Origin: Candidatus Bathyarchaeum sp.
GTDB lineage: Archaea; Thermoproteota; Bathyarchaeia; Bathyarchaeales; Bathyarchaeaceae
Length of the DNA: 64,000 nucleotides
Assembly: GCA_026014495.1 (NCBI GenBank)
Contig: JAOZIF010000171.1
Coordinates: forward strand, 34,997-98,996
Direction: 5' to 3'
The number at the start of each line of letters is the position of its first letter. The first letter of the stretch is position 1. The translations under genes were made by a program, and so were the position numbers. Below, piece by piece: positions 1 to 9,249 of this stretch. Under the pieces are notes generated by a model. It was not told the origin of the DNA. It saw nothing but the letters and a program-made list of their open reading frames with translations, and searched no databases.

Positions 1-13
1 TTTTTGTCTCCTT

Positions 14-988
14 TTATGTGATTGTTACCTCTTCAAACAGCCAAGTTTTGACTGTGAATTCTGTGCGCCAAATGTAGGGCTTAAAGCGCACATCATCGGT
101 GTCCCTGTAAGAGACCATGTCCACGTAGCAGATTCCCTCAACAGTTACAATACAGTCTGCATAGTCACAGTGGATAGCCGCTGGAGAAACACCGTCGCTT
201 GGGTTGGTTGTTCTGGCAAGCAGATACATGTAACCTTCAGAATCTATGTAGTCTGCGACGGAAGACTCCAAACTTATCGTGACATCCTCGTCTGCGTCTC
301 CTGTTCCAGTTTGCGTGTTCTGCCACTCAGACCCTTCAGAGTTCCAAACTTTCACTGTAACTCCGTTTCCTGCAGGCGCAGTTCCATAGCCTTCAAACTT
401 GAGCACAGCCTTCTTGACAAATTCCTTGTTGGATTCGATTTTGATACAAAACAACAAAAGCGAATATTCTCCATTTTCAGCCTGTTCGTAACTGAAGCTG
501 TTCTCGTCGCTTTGCCACAGCTTCTTGTAATCTGCTGATGAAAACTCTGTCCACTCTACAGAGCTCGGAGCTAATTCAGAAGACGACCCTGTATAGTATG
601 CTCCGTGACCTGCCGTTTCTGCTCCAATATTGACGTAATTGTAGACTGTTTGGTTGGGTTTTGTTCTCTTTTCCCGAACAACCCTGTTAACTTCCTCTCT
701 GAGCTTGTTTCTGATTTGCCTTCCAGCAAAACCTGTCCTCTCAACAACCCAAATTTTGATCCGAGCATACCCGACTCTTCGTCGCAAAGTCGCAGAAAAG
801 CCAAGTTTTTGGTCATCACTATGGTCTAGTCCAACCGTTACCTGTCCGTCAACATCTTTGAGCAACTCCCTGTTATAGTACTCTGTTGTGACACAGATGT
901 CCGCCAAAGAGCCATCATCCTTCACAACCTGAATGTTATTCTCCAACAGCCGCGCAAGAGTCACTGTCGGCTCCTCAATCTGCGCCAT
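14..988 (-). CDS. Putative tail-terminator/tail-completion-like virion protein with an inserted beta-rich domain
   Basis: ATG at 988 overlaps the upstream stop (TAATG); N-terminal TLARLLENN...RIKIWVV...NKLREEVNRVVR and C-terminal IWRTEFTV pattern; follows adaptor and closure genes. Confidence 0.45.
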   Translation of the reverse strand: MAQIEEPTVTLARLLENNIQVVKDDGSLADICVTTEYYNRELLKDVDGQVTVGLDHSDDQKLGFSATLRRRVGYARIKIWVVERTGFAGRQIRNKLREEVNRVVREKRTKPNQTVYNYVNIGAETAGHGAYYTGSSSELAPSSVEWTEFSSADYKKLWQSDENSFSYEQAENGEYSLLLFCIKIESNKEFVKKAVLKFEGYGTAPAGNGVTVKVWNSEGSEWQNTQTGTGDADEDVTISLESSVADYIDSEGYMYLLARTTNPSDGVSPAAIHCDYADCIVTVEGICYVDMVSYRDTDDVRFKPYIWRTEFTVKTWLFEEVTIT

Positions 989-2397
989 TATGCTATAAGC
1001 CTCCTGCAAACTGATCTGCGAAACAAAACTTGCCCCCGAAAACTGTAACACTCAACCGGGCCCACTTCATAGTCGGTGCCGTTGTATCGTAGTTTGCTGT
1101 GGTGCAGTATAGGAGCAAAAGTGTGAACCGTAACGTAGTCGTTTACAACGTAACCCGGCTCCATTACGGTCTCGTCGCTTTTGGCTGGGCAGACTAACGC
1201 TTTGATTGTTGTGCCTTCCCCATAACTGAATGTTTGCTTGTTTTCTACCACTGGATAAACTGTAACATCTACACCATGCGACCGCAAAATTCTGGTGAAT
1301 GGGGTTAGTGGAGCCTGGTAATTCAAAAACAGCAATCCCAGCCACGAAACAGTTACAACAGACTGCTTGTTTTCCACAGCACTGTAATCGTCAAATTTGG
1401 TTCCCCAAAACATGAACTCGCTGCTGTGGTTGCTTATGACATTGAAGCTAAACTCTAGGGATGACTTGTCGTGCCCACTTCTAAGCTGCCACAATATTCC
1501 CGAGGTTACAGCATCATAGTAGTTGCTATCCACCTTTCTGGCAACCACGTCAACGTACCCTGACCAGCAAACCGCAGGATTATATGCAGGATAATCTGCA
1601 CTTGAGCCAATAGCGTTGATGTAATCGTAAACCTGCTTAACCGTGCAACTCCAGCCTTCATAACTAAAAAGCCCATTTAATGCGTAGCCAAAGTCATCAT
1701 CATAGACTACGTCTGATTCTGCAATTCTGTGCCATTCACCGTCTCCGGTTGGAAGTGGAGAATAACGGCTATACAGAGCCTCAAACCCGCTTCTATAAAA
1801 TGCTGTGGCATCATCAATCATGGATTGATACACTGTTTCGCCTGTTTTACTATAGAGCATCTGCAACCCAATCAAGCCATAAAGGTCGATGATGTGCATC
1901 TCACCAAACCACTCATCTGCAATAGTGACTGCCTGAGCAAACCCACCATAATACTGGTCATGCACCCCCAAGTTGCTGGGCTGATGCTGCGTACTGTACA
2001 GAAAAGTTTCCCCAGCCAAAGTAGCACAGTCAAGGTAGGAACTGGTGCCTGTTATATCGTAGGCTTTCAGGAGCGCAGGAATTGCTCGCATTGCATCAAT
2101 GCTGTAATACTGCTCACTGCCATCTTTGCTCTGAAAACCCCCATACGCCAGTTTCCCATCATCTGTACACTGGATTGAAACCAGATAATCCGCAAGCTCA
2201 ACGATTTTATCGAAAATATCCGTTATTTGTTCCTCAAACTGGGAACTCTCATACGTTTCAGCTAAAAAGTCGATAGCATGAGCTGCTGGAGCTGGACCTT
2301 GCCCCCACTGTGTGTCAACTCCTGTTCCGGGGATGACATAAAAGTATGGAGCATAATCCATAATAAAATCGAAATATGCTTGCGGAACTGTTTCCAT
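988..2397 (-). CDS. Helical six-hairpin glycosidase-like domain fused to a C-terminal head-closure-like domain
   Basis: About 360 aa of aromatic/acidic helical repeats (YYSIDAMRAIPALLKAY, DLYGLIGLQML, DDFGYALNGL), then about 105 aa beta-rich tail (IKALV...EPG...YNGTDYEV) in the head-closure gene position. Confidence 0.45.
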   Translation of the reverse strand: METVPQAYFDFIMDYAPYFYVIPGTGVDTQWGQGPAPAAHAIDFLAETYESSQFEEQITDIFDKIVELADYLVSIQCTDDGKLAYGGFQSKDGSEQYYSIDAMRAIPALLKAYDITGTSSYLDCATLAGETFLYSTQHQPSNLGVHDQYYGGFAQAVTIADEWFGEMHIIDLYGLIGLQMLYSKTGETVYQSMIDDATAFYRSGFEALYSRYSPLPTGDGEWHRIAESDVVYDDDFGYALNGLFSYEGWSCTVKQVYDYINAIGSSADYPAYNPAVCWSGYVDVVARKVDSNYYDAVTSGILWQLRSGHDKSSLEFSFNVISNHSSEFMFWGTKFDDYSAVENKQSVVTVSWLGLLFLNYQAPLTPFTRILRSHGVDVTVYPVVENKQTFSYGEGTTIKALVCPAKSDETVMEPGYVVNDYVTVHTFAPILHHSKLRYNGTDYEVGPVECYSFRGQVLFRRSVCRRLIA

Positions 2398-2400
2398 CTT

Positions 2401-2769
2401 CTATATTCTCCTCAGGGTTGACCCCCGCAGCTTGTTCAGGATTCGTTCCAGTTCAGACTGCAGAACCATCAATGGTGGAGCACTATCCAAAACATTGACG
2501 TCTTGGTCGCCCACCGAAAAGCTCAGTCCCACGGCTGAGCCGCCTGTCAGGTAGCAGATTGCATATACTGCAGAAAGGATGGTTATGGCCTCTTTTTCTG
2601 CCTCACTGCAGTCGCTACTGTCTACCTGTTTGTTTGTTTCCAGCTCCAGCGTGACTTGGGCTCGTTTGATCATTTTGGATATTTTATCGTCTGAGACCTC
2701 TTCTGAGGTTATGTTGATTACGTCACGGACGTCGTCGGCTGAAACGGATGCCAAATCGCAAGTCACCAA
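2401..2769 (-). CDS. Head-tail connector/adaptor (gp6/gp15-like)
   Basis: 122 aa, helical VSADDVRDVI...ISDDKISKMIKRA...FSVGD pattern; 3 nt from the next virion gene. Confidence 0.6.
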   Translation of the reverse strand: MVTCDLASVSADDVRDVINITSEEVSDDKISKMIKRAQVTLELETNKQVDSSDCSEAEKEAITILSAVYAICYLTGGSAVGLSFSVGDQDVNVLDSAPPLMVLQSELERILNKLRGSTLRRI

Positions 2770-3059
2770 ACATAATAGAGGAAATAAGGCAGATTTAATG
2801 TTAGTTCACAAAAATAACTGTTTAAAAAGGATTATTTGTAAAATAAAGCGTTTAAATCAGAGTTTTTATTTGATGGTTTGTAGATTAATTGCTCGAAAAC
2901 AGCCTCTCAAAATCAAGGAAACCGAAACGTGGAAACATGACTTCGTGGATGCGACTGTAATTATTTTTGTCAAGAAACTTTGACTGACTTGTATCTTAAG
3001 TTGGTCAAGAAAGTTTTACAAAAATCCTTTTAGACCTATTTTGGACACATTTTCTTGTT

Positions 3060-4364
3060 ATGCATTATAACTTAAGGAAAACTGTAGCAACAGTTGGCTT
3101 GTTTCTTGTTTTTTCTTTTGTTTTAGTACTTGTTGCTCCAGCAGTTAAAGTTGAAACGGAACCGAACACTCTTGTTGTTCCAGACGATTACGCCACGATT
3201 CAGCACGCTATTAACAGTGCAACTCCTAGAGACACTGTGTTTGTTAGAAAAGGCATCTATAACGAAAGTCTGGTAATCAGCAACAAATCTATACAGCTAG
3301 TAGGCGAAGACATGAACTCAACAATTGTGGTTGGAAATGGAAACACTGCTCTTGTTATTCAACATGACAACGTTAACGTGACAGGCTTTACGTTCAAACG
3401 CCCTTCAACGATGAGGTGGCACCGTGGAATTCATCTGCTTGAAGTCAAAAACTGTAATGTGTACGGAAACATGATAACAAGCACCTACTACGGTATATGG
3501 TGCTACAATTCTATGTTCAATAATGTTTACGAAAACATCGTAACAGGAAACATGGCTGGAATAATCTTAGAAATATCGCACAACAACACGGTAACCAGAA
3601 ACTACGTCATAGGCAACGATGGTCAAGGCATAGGAACAATTGGAGCAGATAATAACACAATAACCGAAAACTACGTTGCATCAAATGGTTGGGTGGGCAT
3701 CTGCTTGGATGGCGGCAGCCCCAACTGTAATAACTTGATTTCAGCAAATGTTGTGACACAGAATACTGCCGTTGGAATAAGCATAACATCTGACGGTTCA
3801 GCCTTCAACAGGATTATAGGAAACAACGTTACTGCAAATGGAGACTTAATCGCCTATAATCCGAGTGGCACTGGAATATTACTTAACATTCACGACAACT
3901 TGGTGATGGACAATTACATTATTGGAAATCAAGCGGGAATTCAGCTTGAGTATGCATACAACAACACAGTATACCGCAACTTGATAGCAAACAACACCTA
4001 CGGTGGTATTCGCGACCGCTTCCTGTCAGCTTCTCAAAACATAATTTACGAAAACAACTTCATCAATAACACCGCTAATTTTTCCCAGAATGTCGGCGTA
4101 AACGTTTGGGATGTTAACTCCAAAGGTAACTACTGGAACAACTACAACGGCACAGACAGTAACAATGATGGAATCGGAGATACAGCCCACATCATAGCCG
4201 AAAACAACACTGACTACTATCCACTGATGGAACCTGTTCAAATCCCTGCGCTTGAAATACCTGACACAATCCCAGAATTTCCTTTATGGCTTGTATTGCC
4301 CTTATTTTTTGTTGTTAGTCTAACTGTTTTTGTTGCCAAAACCAAAATTTGCCATCCAATTTAA
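3060..4364 (+). CDS. Secreted right-handed beta-helix (NosD/CASH) surface protein with PEF-CTERM-like tail
   Basis: Signal peptide, VVPDDYATIQHAIN, Asn-rich NNTxxxN repeats, GNYWNNYNGTDSNNDGIGD, C-terminal IPEFPLW + TM + basic residues. Confidence 0.8.
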   Translation: MHYNLRKTVATVGLFLVFSFVLVLVAPAVKVETEPNTLVVPDDYATIQHAINSATPRDTVFVRKGIYNESLVISNKSIQLVGEDMNSTIVVGNGNTALVIQHDNVNVTGFTFKRPSTMRWHRGIHLLEVKNCNVYGNMITSTYYGIWCYNSMFNNVYENIVTGNMAGIILEISHNNTVTRNYVIGNDGQGIGTIGADNNTITENYVASNGWVGICLDGGSPNCNNLISANVVTQNTAVGISITSDGSAFNRIIGNNVTANGDLIAYNPSGTGILLNIHDNLVMDNYIIGNQAGIQLEYAYNNTVYRNLIANNTYGGIRDRFLSASQNIIYENNFINNTANFSQNVGVNVWDVNSKGNYWNNYNGTDSNNDGIGDTAHIIAENNTDYYPLMEPVQIPALEIPDTIPEFPLWLVLPLFFVVSLTVFVAKTKICHPI

Positions 4365-4401
4365 TAGTCAATACGTAACAAAATACAATCAAGGGTACAC
4401 A

Positions 4402-5187
4402 ATGTTCTACGAGAAGTACTTGAAGGCAACCAATGAAAAAGGTAGTTTCATTAACATCAACCTTGATCCAGCACTGCCAAAACAAAGAAGCAGCAACGTA
4501 GTCCCAGACAAATACACATCCAAAGAAGATGCGCAAGCGCTGCTAGACTTTTCTTTGGACATCATCGAGCAGGTCAGCGATTACTGCTGTTCCATAAAAC
4601 CTAATACCCAATATTTCCTTGGACACACAGAGATACTAAAGAAGATAGCAAAAAAGACCCACGACGAAGGTATGCTAGCAATTCTTGACCATAAGCTTAG
4701 TGACATAGGTTCTACAAATGGTTCTGCAATGTTTTGGATACGCGAAATGGGGTTTGATGCGTTCACTTTTTCTCCGTTTGCTGGTAACACGCAAAAGACT
4801 GTGGAGAAAGCTCACGAAAACAACTTGGGCGTAATAGTTCTTACGTTAATGTCTAATCCTGAAGCTGAAAAGATGATGCTGGATGCAACAGTCAACGGGC
4901 GACCTTACTATTTGCACACCGCTAAAACCGTGAAAGAAACACAAGCAGACGGCTGTGTGGTAGGTTTAACCTGCTTTGTTGAAGACAAGTACATCAAAAA
5001 CATCCAGGAGAGTGTAGGAGACAAAGTGATATTTTTGTTGCAGGGCATAGGACCTCAAGGTGGAAGCGCTAACAAGATACGCTATGTTACTAACCCCTTG
5101 GTTAGTTTAGGACGGGCGGTCATCTATTCTGACGACCCCAAAGATGCTGTTGAACAGTATCATCAAATCTTCAAAAAATACCTGTAA
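4402..5187 (+). CDS. pyrF: Orotidine-5'-phosphate decarboxylase
   Basis: NLDP, KPNTQYF, catalytic ILDHKLSDIGST (DxKxxD), GIGPQGG; ATG at 4402 in the 4330 ORF frame. Confidence 0.92.
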   Translation: MFYEKYLKATNEKGSFININLDPALPKQRSSNVVPDKYTSKEDAQALLDFSLDIIEQVSDYCCSIKPNTQYFLGHTEILKKIAKKTHDEGMLAILDHKLSDIGSTNGSAMFWIREMGFDAFTFSPFAGNTQKTVEKAHENNLGVIVLTLMSNPEAEKMMLDATVNGRPYYLHTAKTVKETQADGCVVGLTCFVEDKYIKNIQESVGDKVIFLLQGIGPQGGSANKIRYVTNPLVSLGRAVIYSDDPKDAVEQYHQIFKKYL

Positions 5188-5193
5188 CCTTTG

Positions 5194-5436
5194 TTATATT
5201 ACTTCCATGTATTTTGTTCCTTTCTCTGTAATTGTGTACACTCCTCTGCTAACCCGTTCAATGTACTCTTTTTGCAGTAAATACCTCAGCCGATTATCAA
5301 ACCGTGTCCGAGTAGCCAAAGAATGACAGGTAGTCAAAACATTCTTCTCCAAAACTGTCCAACGCATATCACCCCCCTTAAGGGCAGACAAAATAACCTT
5401 ATCCATCATGTCCTGTTCCTCTCGGCGACGACTCAT
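5194..5436 (-). CDS. Winged helix-turn-helix protein
   Basis: 80 aa; LRYLLQKEYIERVSRGVYTITEKG wing motif. Confidence 0.65.
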   Translation of the reverse strand: MSRRREEQDMMDKVILSALKGGDMRWTVLEKNVLTTCHSLATRTRFDNRLRYLLQKEYIERVSRGVYTITEKGTKYMEVI

Positions 5437-5747
5437 GACATCTTCACCTCCACAGGCTTCTGGCTAGAATAATACGGCGGAGAATGATTATTGCACACAT
5501 AAACTGTTTCTACACTCCACTCTGACGACTCCACAGCTTGCCCCTTCAAAGCTGCACTCTGTTGACTTCCATACGTTTTGGCGTTTAAATCAGCATAAAA
5601 CGGGGTCATCTCGGCGCCACACAAAGGGCAAACACGATAACAACTACACACTGCAGTGTCAGCTGGCCGCTTTTGGTGCATGGTTTTTCCGCACCGCGAA
5701 CAGGTTCCTGTTGCGTATCCAATTTTTGTTGTCAAGTTCCCACCCAC
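5433..5747 (-). CDS. Small Cys-rich zinc-finger protein
   Basis: CSRC, CSC...CPLC, C-x2-H; overlaps both neighbours. Confidence 0.55.
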   Translation of the reverse strand: MGGNLTTKIGYATGTCSRCGKTMHQKRPADTAVCSCYRVCPLCGAEMTPFYADLNAKTYGSQQSAALKGQAVESSEWSVETVYVCNNHSPPYYSSQKPVEVKMS

Positions 5748-7039
5748 ACGTAAGGTTTCGAAATGTTCAAAACGATTTTTCCGTTTTCGTCAAGCCACAG
5801 TTCTGGTAGCCTAACCTTGTACGCGAACACAGCATCTAAGCCAACAGTTTTTGTGTAAGTTTCTGCCTCAACTGCTCCAAAGTAAGCGTCTAAACCAAAA
5901 TCCGTTGCCAAATTAAGCTTCTTGAAAAGTGCATCTAGCTGCATTGCTACTGTTTTGTTGGTTAAAGTGCCAAAGCAAGTGTCCACTGTGAAATTTTTCA
6001 GTATGTCTGGTTTCTTGAAGAGTGCATCAATCTGTTTTTGAAGAGCTACACCTTTTTGAAGCATGGAGTCCAGAGCAAACGTTTTTGGAACATCCTGTTT
6101 TTGTAATTCTATGTCCAAGTTGAAGCTTTGTGTTATTCCCAATTTTTTGAAGAGCGCATCAGTTGTCCACGTTTTTGTATAAGTCTGCTCAGTGGTTTCT
6201 GGTCCAATGTATGTATCTGCGACAACTACGCAGTCAACGTATGTTGTTATTGCTGTTCCTTGTTGTGCACGTTGACCTATGTCGATGCTGTCAAACTCTG
6301 CTGCACCTGATGTGTCCAACCCTGTTTGTGTGATGACCTCAGAGCCATCAAGCCAGACTCTAAATTCGCCATTAGAAGCGTCATTTACAACAGCTTTCAC
6401 TTCTATACAATACCATGTGTCAACTTGGAAACTATGTGTGTAATCATAGTTTGCTGAATTCAGTTGGTCTTCAAGGCGCAATGTTGTGCCAAACACTTCG
6501 ATTTCACAAATACTCGTGTAGGGTGTCCAATCTCGGCACACCATTATCCAGCTACCTGAACCCGTCGGAATTGTAGGCCATCTAAAATACGCTCTCGCAT
6601 AACCTGCTGTTAATCCAGTTGTGAAATTTCGTTTTTGAGCATACGCATTCGACCACGCAGAGGGCGTGCATTCCATTACATAGCTTCCATGATGAGTTGG
6701 GCTTTCGGCAACTGCCACGTTTCCTGACGTAGTAGTCCATGCACTAAAGCCTCCGCTTTCAAAGCCGTCATTAAGAAATTCTGTAAAATACTCAAACAAC
6801 AGTTCTCGTTGCTTTGCAGATAATTTAGGCACCAAAACCTTATGAGCATACTCACTCATGTCCTCGTGGCTTTTGAGAAACCTCGGCGGAACACGCCACC
6901 CTTCTTTTTCAAAAGGGGTTTCGCAATTAGGGCAAAACGAGACCTTAGATTCAACGTAAGTGTAGCAGTCTGGGCAGCGGTACTCCCATCTTGGAAACAG
7001 GTTTAAGACTTTTTTTGGAAGTTTAACTGGAGTCGTCAA
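5732..7039 (-). CDS. Putative virion fibre/decoration protein: zinc ribbon, LamG/concanavalin-like domain, C-terminal repeats
   Basis: CPDC/CPNC; DTWYCIEVK...FRVWLDGSEV...YVDCVVVADTYIG; repeated (L/I)DALFKK units. Confidence 0.5.
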   Translation of the reverse strand: MTTPVKLPKKVLNLFPRWEYRCPDCYTYVESKVSFCPNCETPFEKEGWRVPPRFLKSHEDMSEYAHKVLVPKLSAKQRELLFEYFTEFLNDGFESGGFSAWTTTSGNVAVAESPTHHGSYVMECTPSAWSNAYAQKRNFTTGLTAGYARAYFRWPTIPTGSGSWIMVCRDWTPYTSICEIEVFGTTLRLEDQLNSANYDYTHSFQVDTWYCIEVKAVVNDASNGEFRVWLDGSEVITQTGLDTSGAAEFDSIDIGQRAQQGTAITTYVDCVVVADTYIGPETTEQTYTKTWTTDALFKKLGITQSFNLDIELQKQDVPKTFALDSMLQKGVALQKQIDALFKKPDILKNFTVDTCFGTLTNKTVAMQLDALFKKLNLATDFGLDAYFGAVEAETYTKTVGLDAVFAYKVRLPELWLDENGKIVLNISKPYVWVGT

Positions 7040-7418
7040 TCAAGTTTCCTCCTTCGTCTATGTGCATGACCTGTTTGCCTTCAACACCCAAAACGTAGAC
7101 TATCGGTTTGTGGGCAGCTCCGCCTTTGTGTATCCGCAACTTGATTGTGTTCGTTCTGTACGCCACAAGCTTGTCTCCTTGCTCTAAACTTATGGTGTAT
7201 GACGGATTTTTGGTTGGAACAACAAGAATTTTCTCTGTTTTTAGTATCTTCTGAAATAGCTCCATCGAAAACGGATACCAACCAAAACGCTCTAGCTTCT
7301 GCTGGTTAACTTCTAGGAACATGTTTTCTTTACCTGTTTCTGGGTCAAACTGGGGCAAAGCAGAGCCATCAGTGTATTCGGCTATCCAAAAATAAACTAG
7401 GGGACGATAGCCGATCAT
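7023..7418 (-). CDS. Hypothetical protein of the viral block
   Basis: 131 aa ORF coupled to flanking minus-strand genes. Confidence 0.5.
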   Translation of the reverse strand: MIGYRPLVYFWIAEYTDGSALPQFDPETGKENMFLEVNQQKLERFGWYPFSMELFQKILKTEKILVVPTKNPSYTISLEQGDKLVAYRTNTIKLRIHKGGAAHKPIVYVLGVEGKQVMHIDEGGNLIDDSS

Positions 7419-7430
7419 CTTTTGGTCTCC

Positions 7431-8039
7431 TTAAATCTCGTCGTACTTGAAGCTTAGCGTCTCGTCTGCTTGTTCCCCTTGCACAGCGTCATTTGCTACT
7501 TTACACTGCAAAACCACTGCTTTGGTTTTCTCTGCACTGGTATGGTCAGTAGAGTCAATTATCGCAGGTGAACCTTCAGTGTCACTGGCTACGTCCGCGG
7601 TTGGAGTTGTTTGACTGTTATAGTAACTGTGTCCATTTGTGGCGTCTTCTATGCTGTCTCCCGTGTCTGCTTCTGTTCCCGTTGCCACCTCATACTCCGA
7701 GGGCATCGCACATCCGTGGTCGCCAGAGTCCCTGTTTCCACGTCGAAGTTCGCCTCCTGTTCCAAAATTCCATCCAATTGCCCCATCAGAACAAAAACGC
7801 ACATTGTTAATCTGCGTAAAAGTTCCACTAAGGTCCAAACAGACATGAATCCAGTAGCTATAATTGAAGTCACTGCTCGGTATAGAAATCGGGTAAGACG
7901 TGTCTGCAGGAGCAAACTGGTCTTTTGTCTGCAATCGCGTACTTGCTGTGACATTATTGTAGCTTGCTGGGCTGCCGTCTGAGCCGCCAACTGTTTGCTG
8001 CACATTTACTGTTGCAACCATCTCTTTTGTTTCCTCCAT
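7431..8039 (-). CDS. Putative virion structural protein (acidic, Ser/Thr/Gly-rich, beta-rich)
   Basis: Located just downstream of the capsid gene; composition typical of structural proteins. Confidence 0.5.
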   Translation of the reverse strand: MEETKEMVATVNVQQTVGGSDGSPASYNNVTASTRLQTKDQFAPADTSYPISIPSSDFNYSYWIHVCLDLSGTFTQINNVRFCSDGAIGWNFGTGGELRRGNRDSGDHGCAMPSEYEVATGTEADTGDSIEDATNGHSYYNSQTTPTADVASDTEGSPAIIDSTDHTSAEKTKAVVLQCKVANDAVQGEQADETLSFKYDEI

Positions 8040-8048
8040 TCTCCTTTT

Positions 8049-8264
8049 TTATGATATATTTTCTGAAATTTGTTCAATGAACTTAGCTGGGTCTCGGGTT
8101 ATTGTGACCGTTTTTGTGGTTGTGTCACTGGTAACTTGGAGCTGTGTGATGTAACCTGCATCATCACGGGTTATTGTGACGGTGTGTGGTGTCTTGATTC
8201 CGTGGATTGCGTCATGGATTGCTTTGTAAGCTTCAGTGTAGTTGCCCCAGTTAGTTTCACTCAT
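8049..8264 (-). CDS. Small hypothetical protein with a duplicated TVTITRD motif
   Basis: 71 aa directly after the capsid gene; AGGAG SD for the next gene follows. Confidence 0.45.
   Translation of the reverse strand: MSETNWGNYTEAYKAIHDAIHGIKTPHTVTITRDDAGYITQLQVTSDTTTKTVTITRDPAKFIEQISENIS
8095..8180. repeat. 14-bp direct repeat cgggttattgtgac (8095-8108, 8167-8180)
   Basis: Read directly; 72-nt spacing preserves frame and encodes the TVTITR duplication. Confidence 0.85.
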
Positions 8265-8314
8265 GTTTTTTCACCAAAAAATGGGGAAGTTGAGTCAACG
8301 GCTAACAAACTGTT

Positions 8315-9235
8315 TTACCAGCCTGTTCCCCGTGCCACAGCCTTACTTCGTAGTACTCCAAGACCAACACGTTCCGATGCTGCGATGCCGTATCTGTCTT
8401 GTTTGGGGTTCTCGAAGGGCTCTGTTATGATGTCTCTTCGCAGAAGCATTACAGCGGCTACGTCTGTGTCTATGCAGTAGACTGTTCCATCAGCTACTTT
8501 GGTGCTGACAACAATCTTCATTCCAAGATATGTTTCGCCCAAGATTCCTCGGCGAATGTCAGCCATGCCTCCAAAATAGAAACTGTGAATAAACTGGTCT
8601 TGCTGCCATAGGTCAGCGAGCTGCGCAGGGTTTATCACTAGTGCTTTGGCGTTGAAGTTTTCGGCTTTTATTCTGTTCCAAAATCCAACAAGCCCTGCCC
8701 AGTCTAGGGTTCCGGAGCCATTGTATTCGTTTCCTCCTGCTAGGTCGCTTGTTGCTATGTTGTCGTATGCTTCTAGGATTTTTTCGGTTTCTAGTTCTGC
8801 GATTGCTCTTCCTACTTCAGCTGTTTGGCGTTCCATTACGCCCCATGATGCGTCTTCGAAGAATTTTTTGGAGTATTCTGCTCCTGCTTTGATTTCCATG
8901 TCCGCCTTGACGTCTACAGTGTCATATTTTTCTTGGGTAATCCACACCTGTGAGAGTTCAGCTGTTCTGTGAGCTTTTCCTAGTTTTGCTTTAGGAAATC
9001 TAACAAGAGTTTCAGTAGTGGGTAAAACCCAGATGATTTCTCTTCCAATCAGTGCAGGTTGCGCTGCGTCCACGACCACATCATGCATCTTTCCAAGAGC
9101 ATTGGCAGTGTCGCTGAGGATGGCTTCTCGCATTACTGCATTGACCATCAGATTCGATTTAGCTCGCTCCAAGAGTTCAGGAAGGATTGGCTTGTATTCG
9201 GGGTCTTTTGTTATGGCTTCAAAAAGTTTTGGCAT
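8315..9235 (-). CDS. HK97-fold major capsid protein
   Basis: 306 aa; EIIWVLPT...VRFPK E-loop, LVINPAQLADL, ETYLGMKIVVST, ERVGLGVLRSKAVA; GAGGA SD. Confidence 0.85.
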   Translation of the reverse strand: MPKLFEAITKDPEYKPILPELLERAKSNLMVNAVMREAILSDTANALGKMHDVVVDAAQPALIGREIIWVLPTTETLVRFPKAKLGKAHRTAELSQVWITQEKYDTVDVKADMEIKAGAEYSKKFFEDASWGVMERQTAEVGRAIAELETEKILEAYDNIATSDLAGGNEYNGSGTLDWAGLVGFWNRIKAENFNAKALVINPAQLADLWQQDQFIHSFYFGGMADIRRGILGETYLGMKIVVSTKVADGTVYCIDTDVAAVMLLRRDIITEPFENPKQDRYGIAASERVGLGVLRSKAVARGTGW

Positions 9236-9249
9236 AGTATATTCCTCTG

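Noticed and set aside
2579-2983. 134-aa plus-strand ORF
   Set aside because: Half is antisense to the adaptor gene and the rest is AT-rich intergenic sequence with no motif
8315-9235. Capsid gene as a simple encapsulin
   Set aside because: Linked protease, cement, adaptor, closure and portal genes indicate a virion-type assembly; cargo loading is kept only as a side hypothesis
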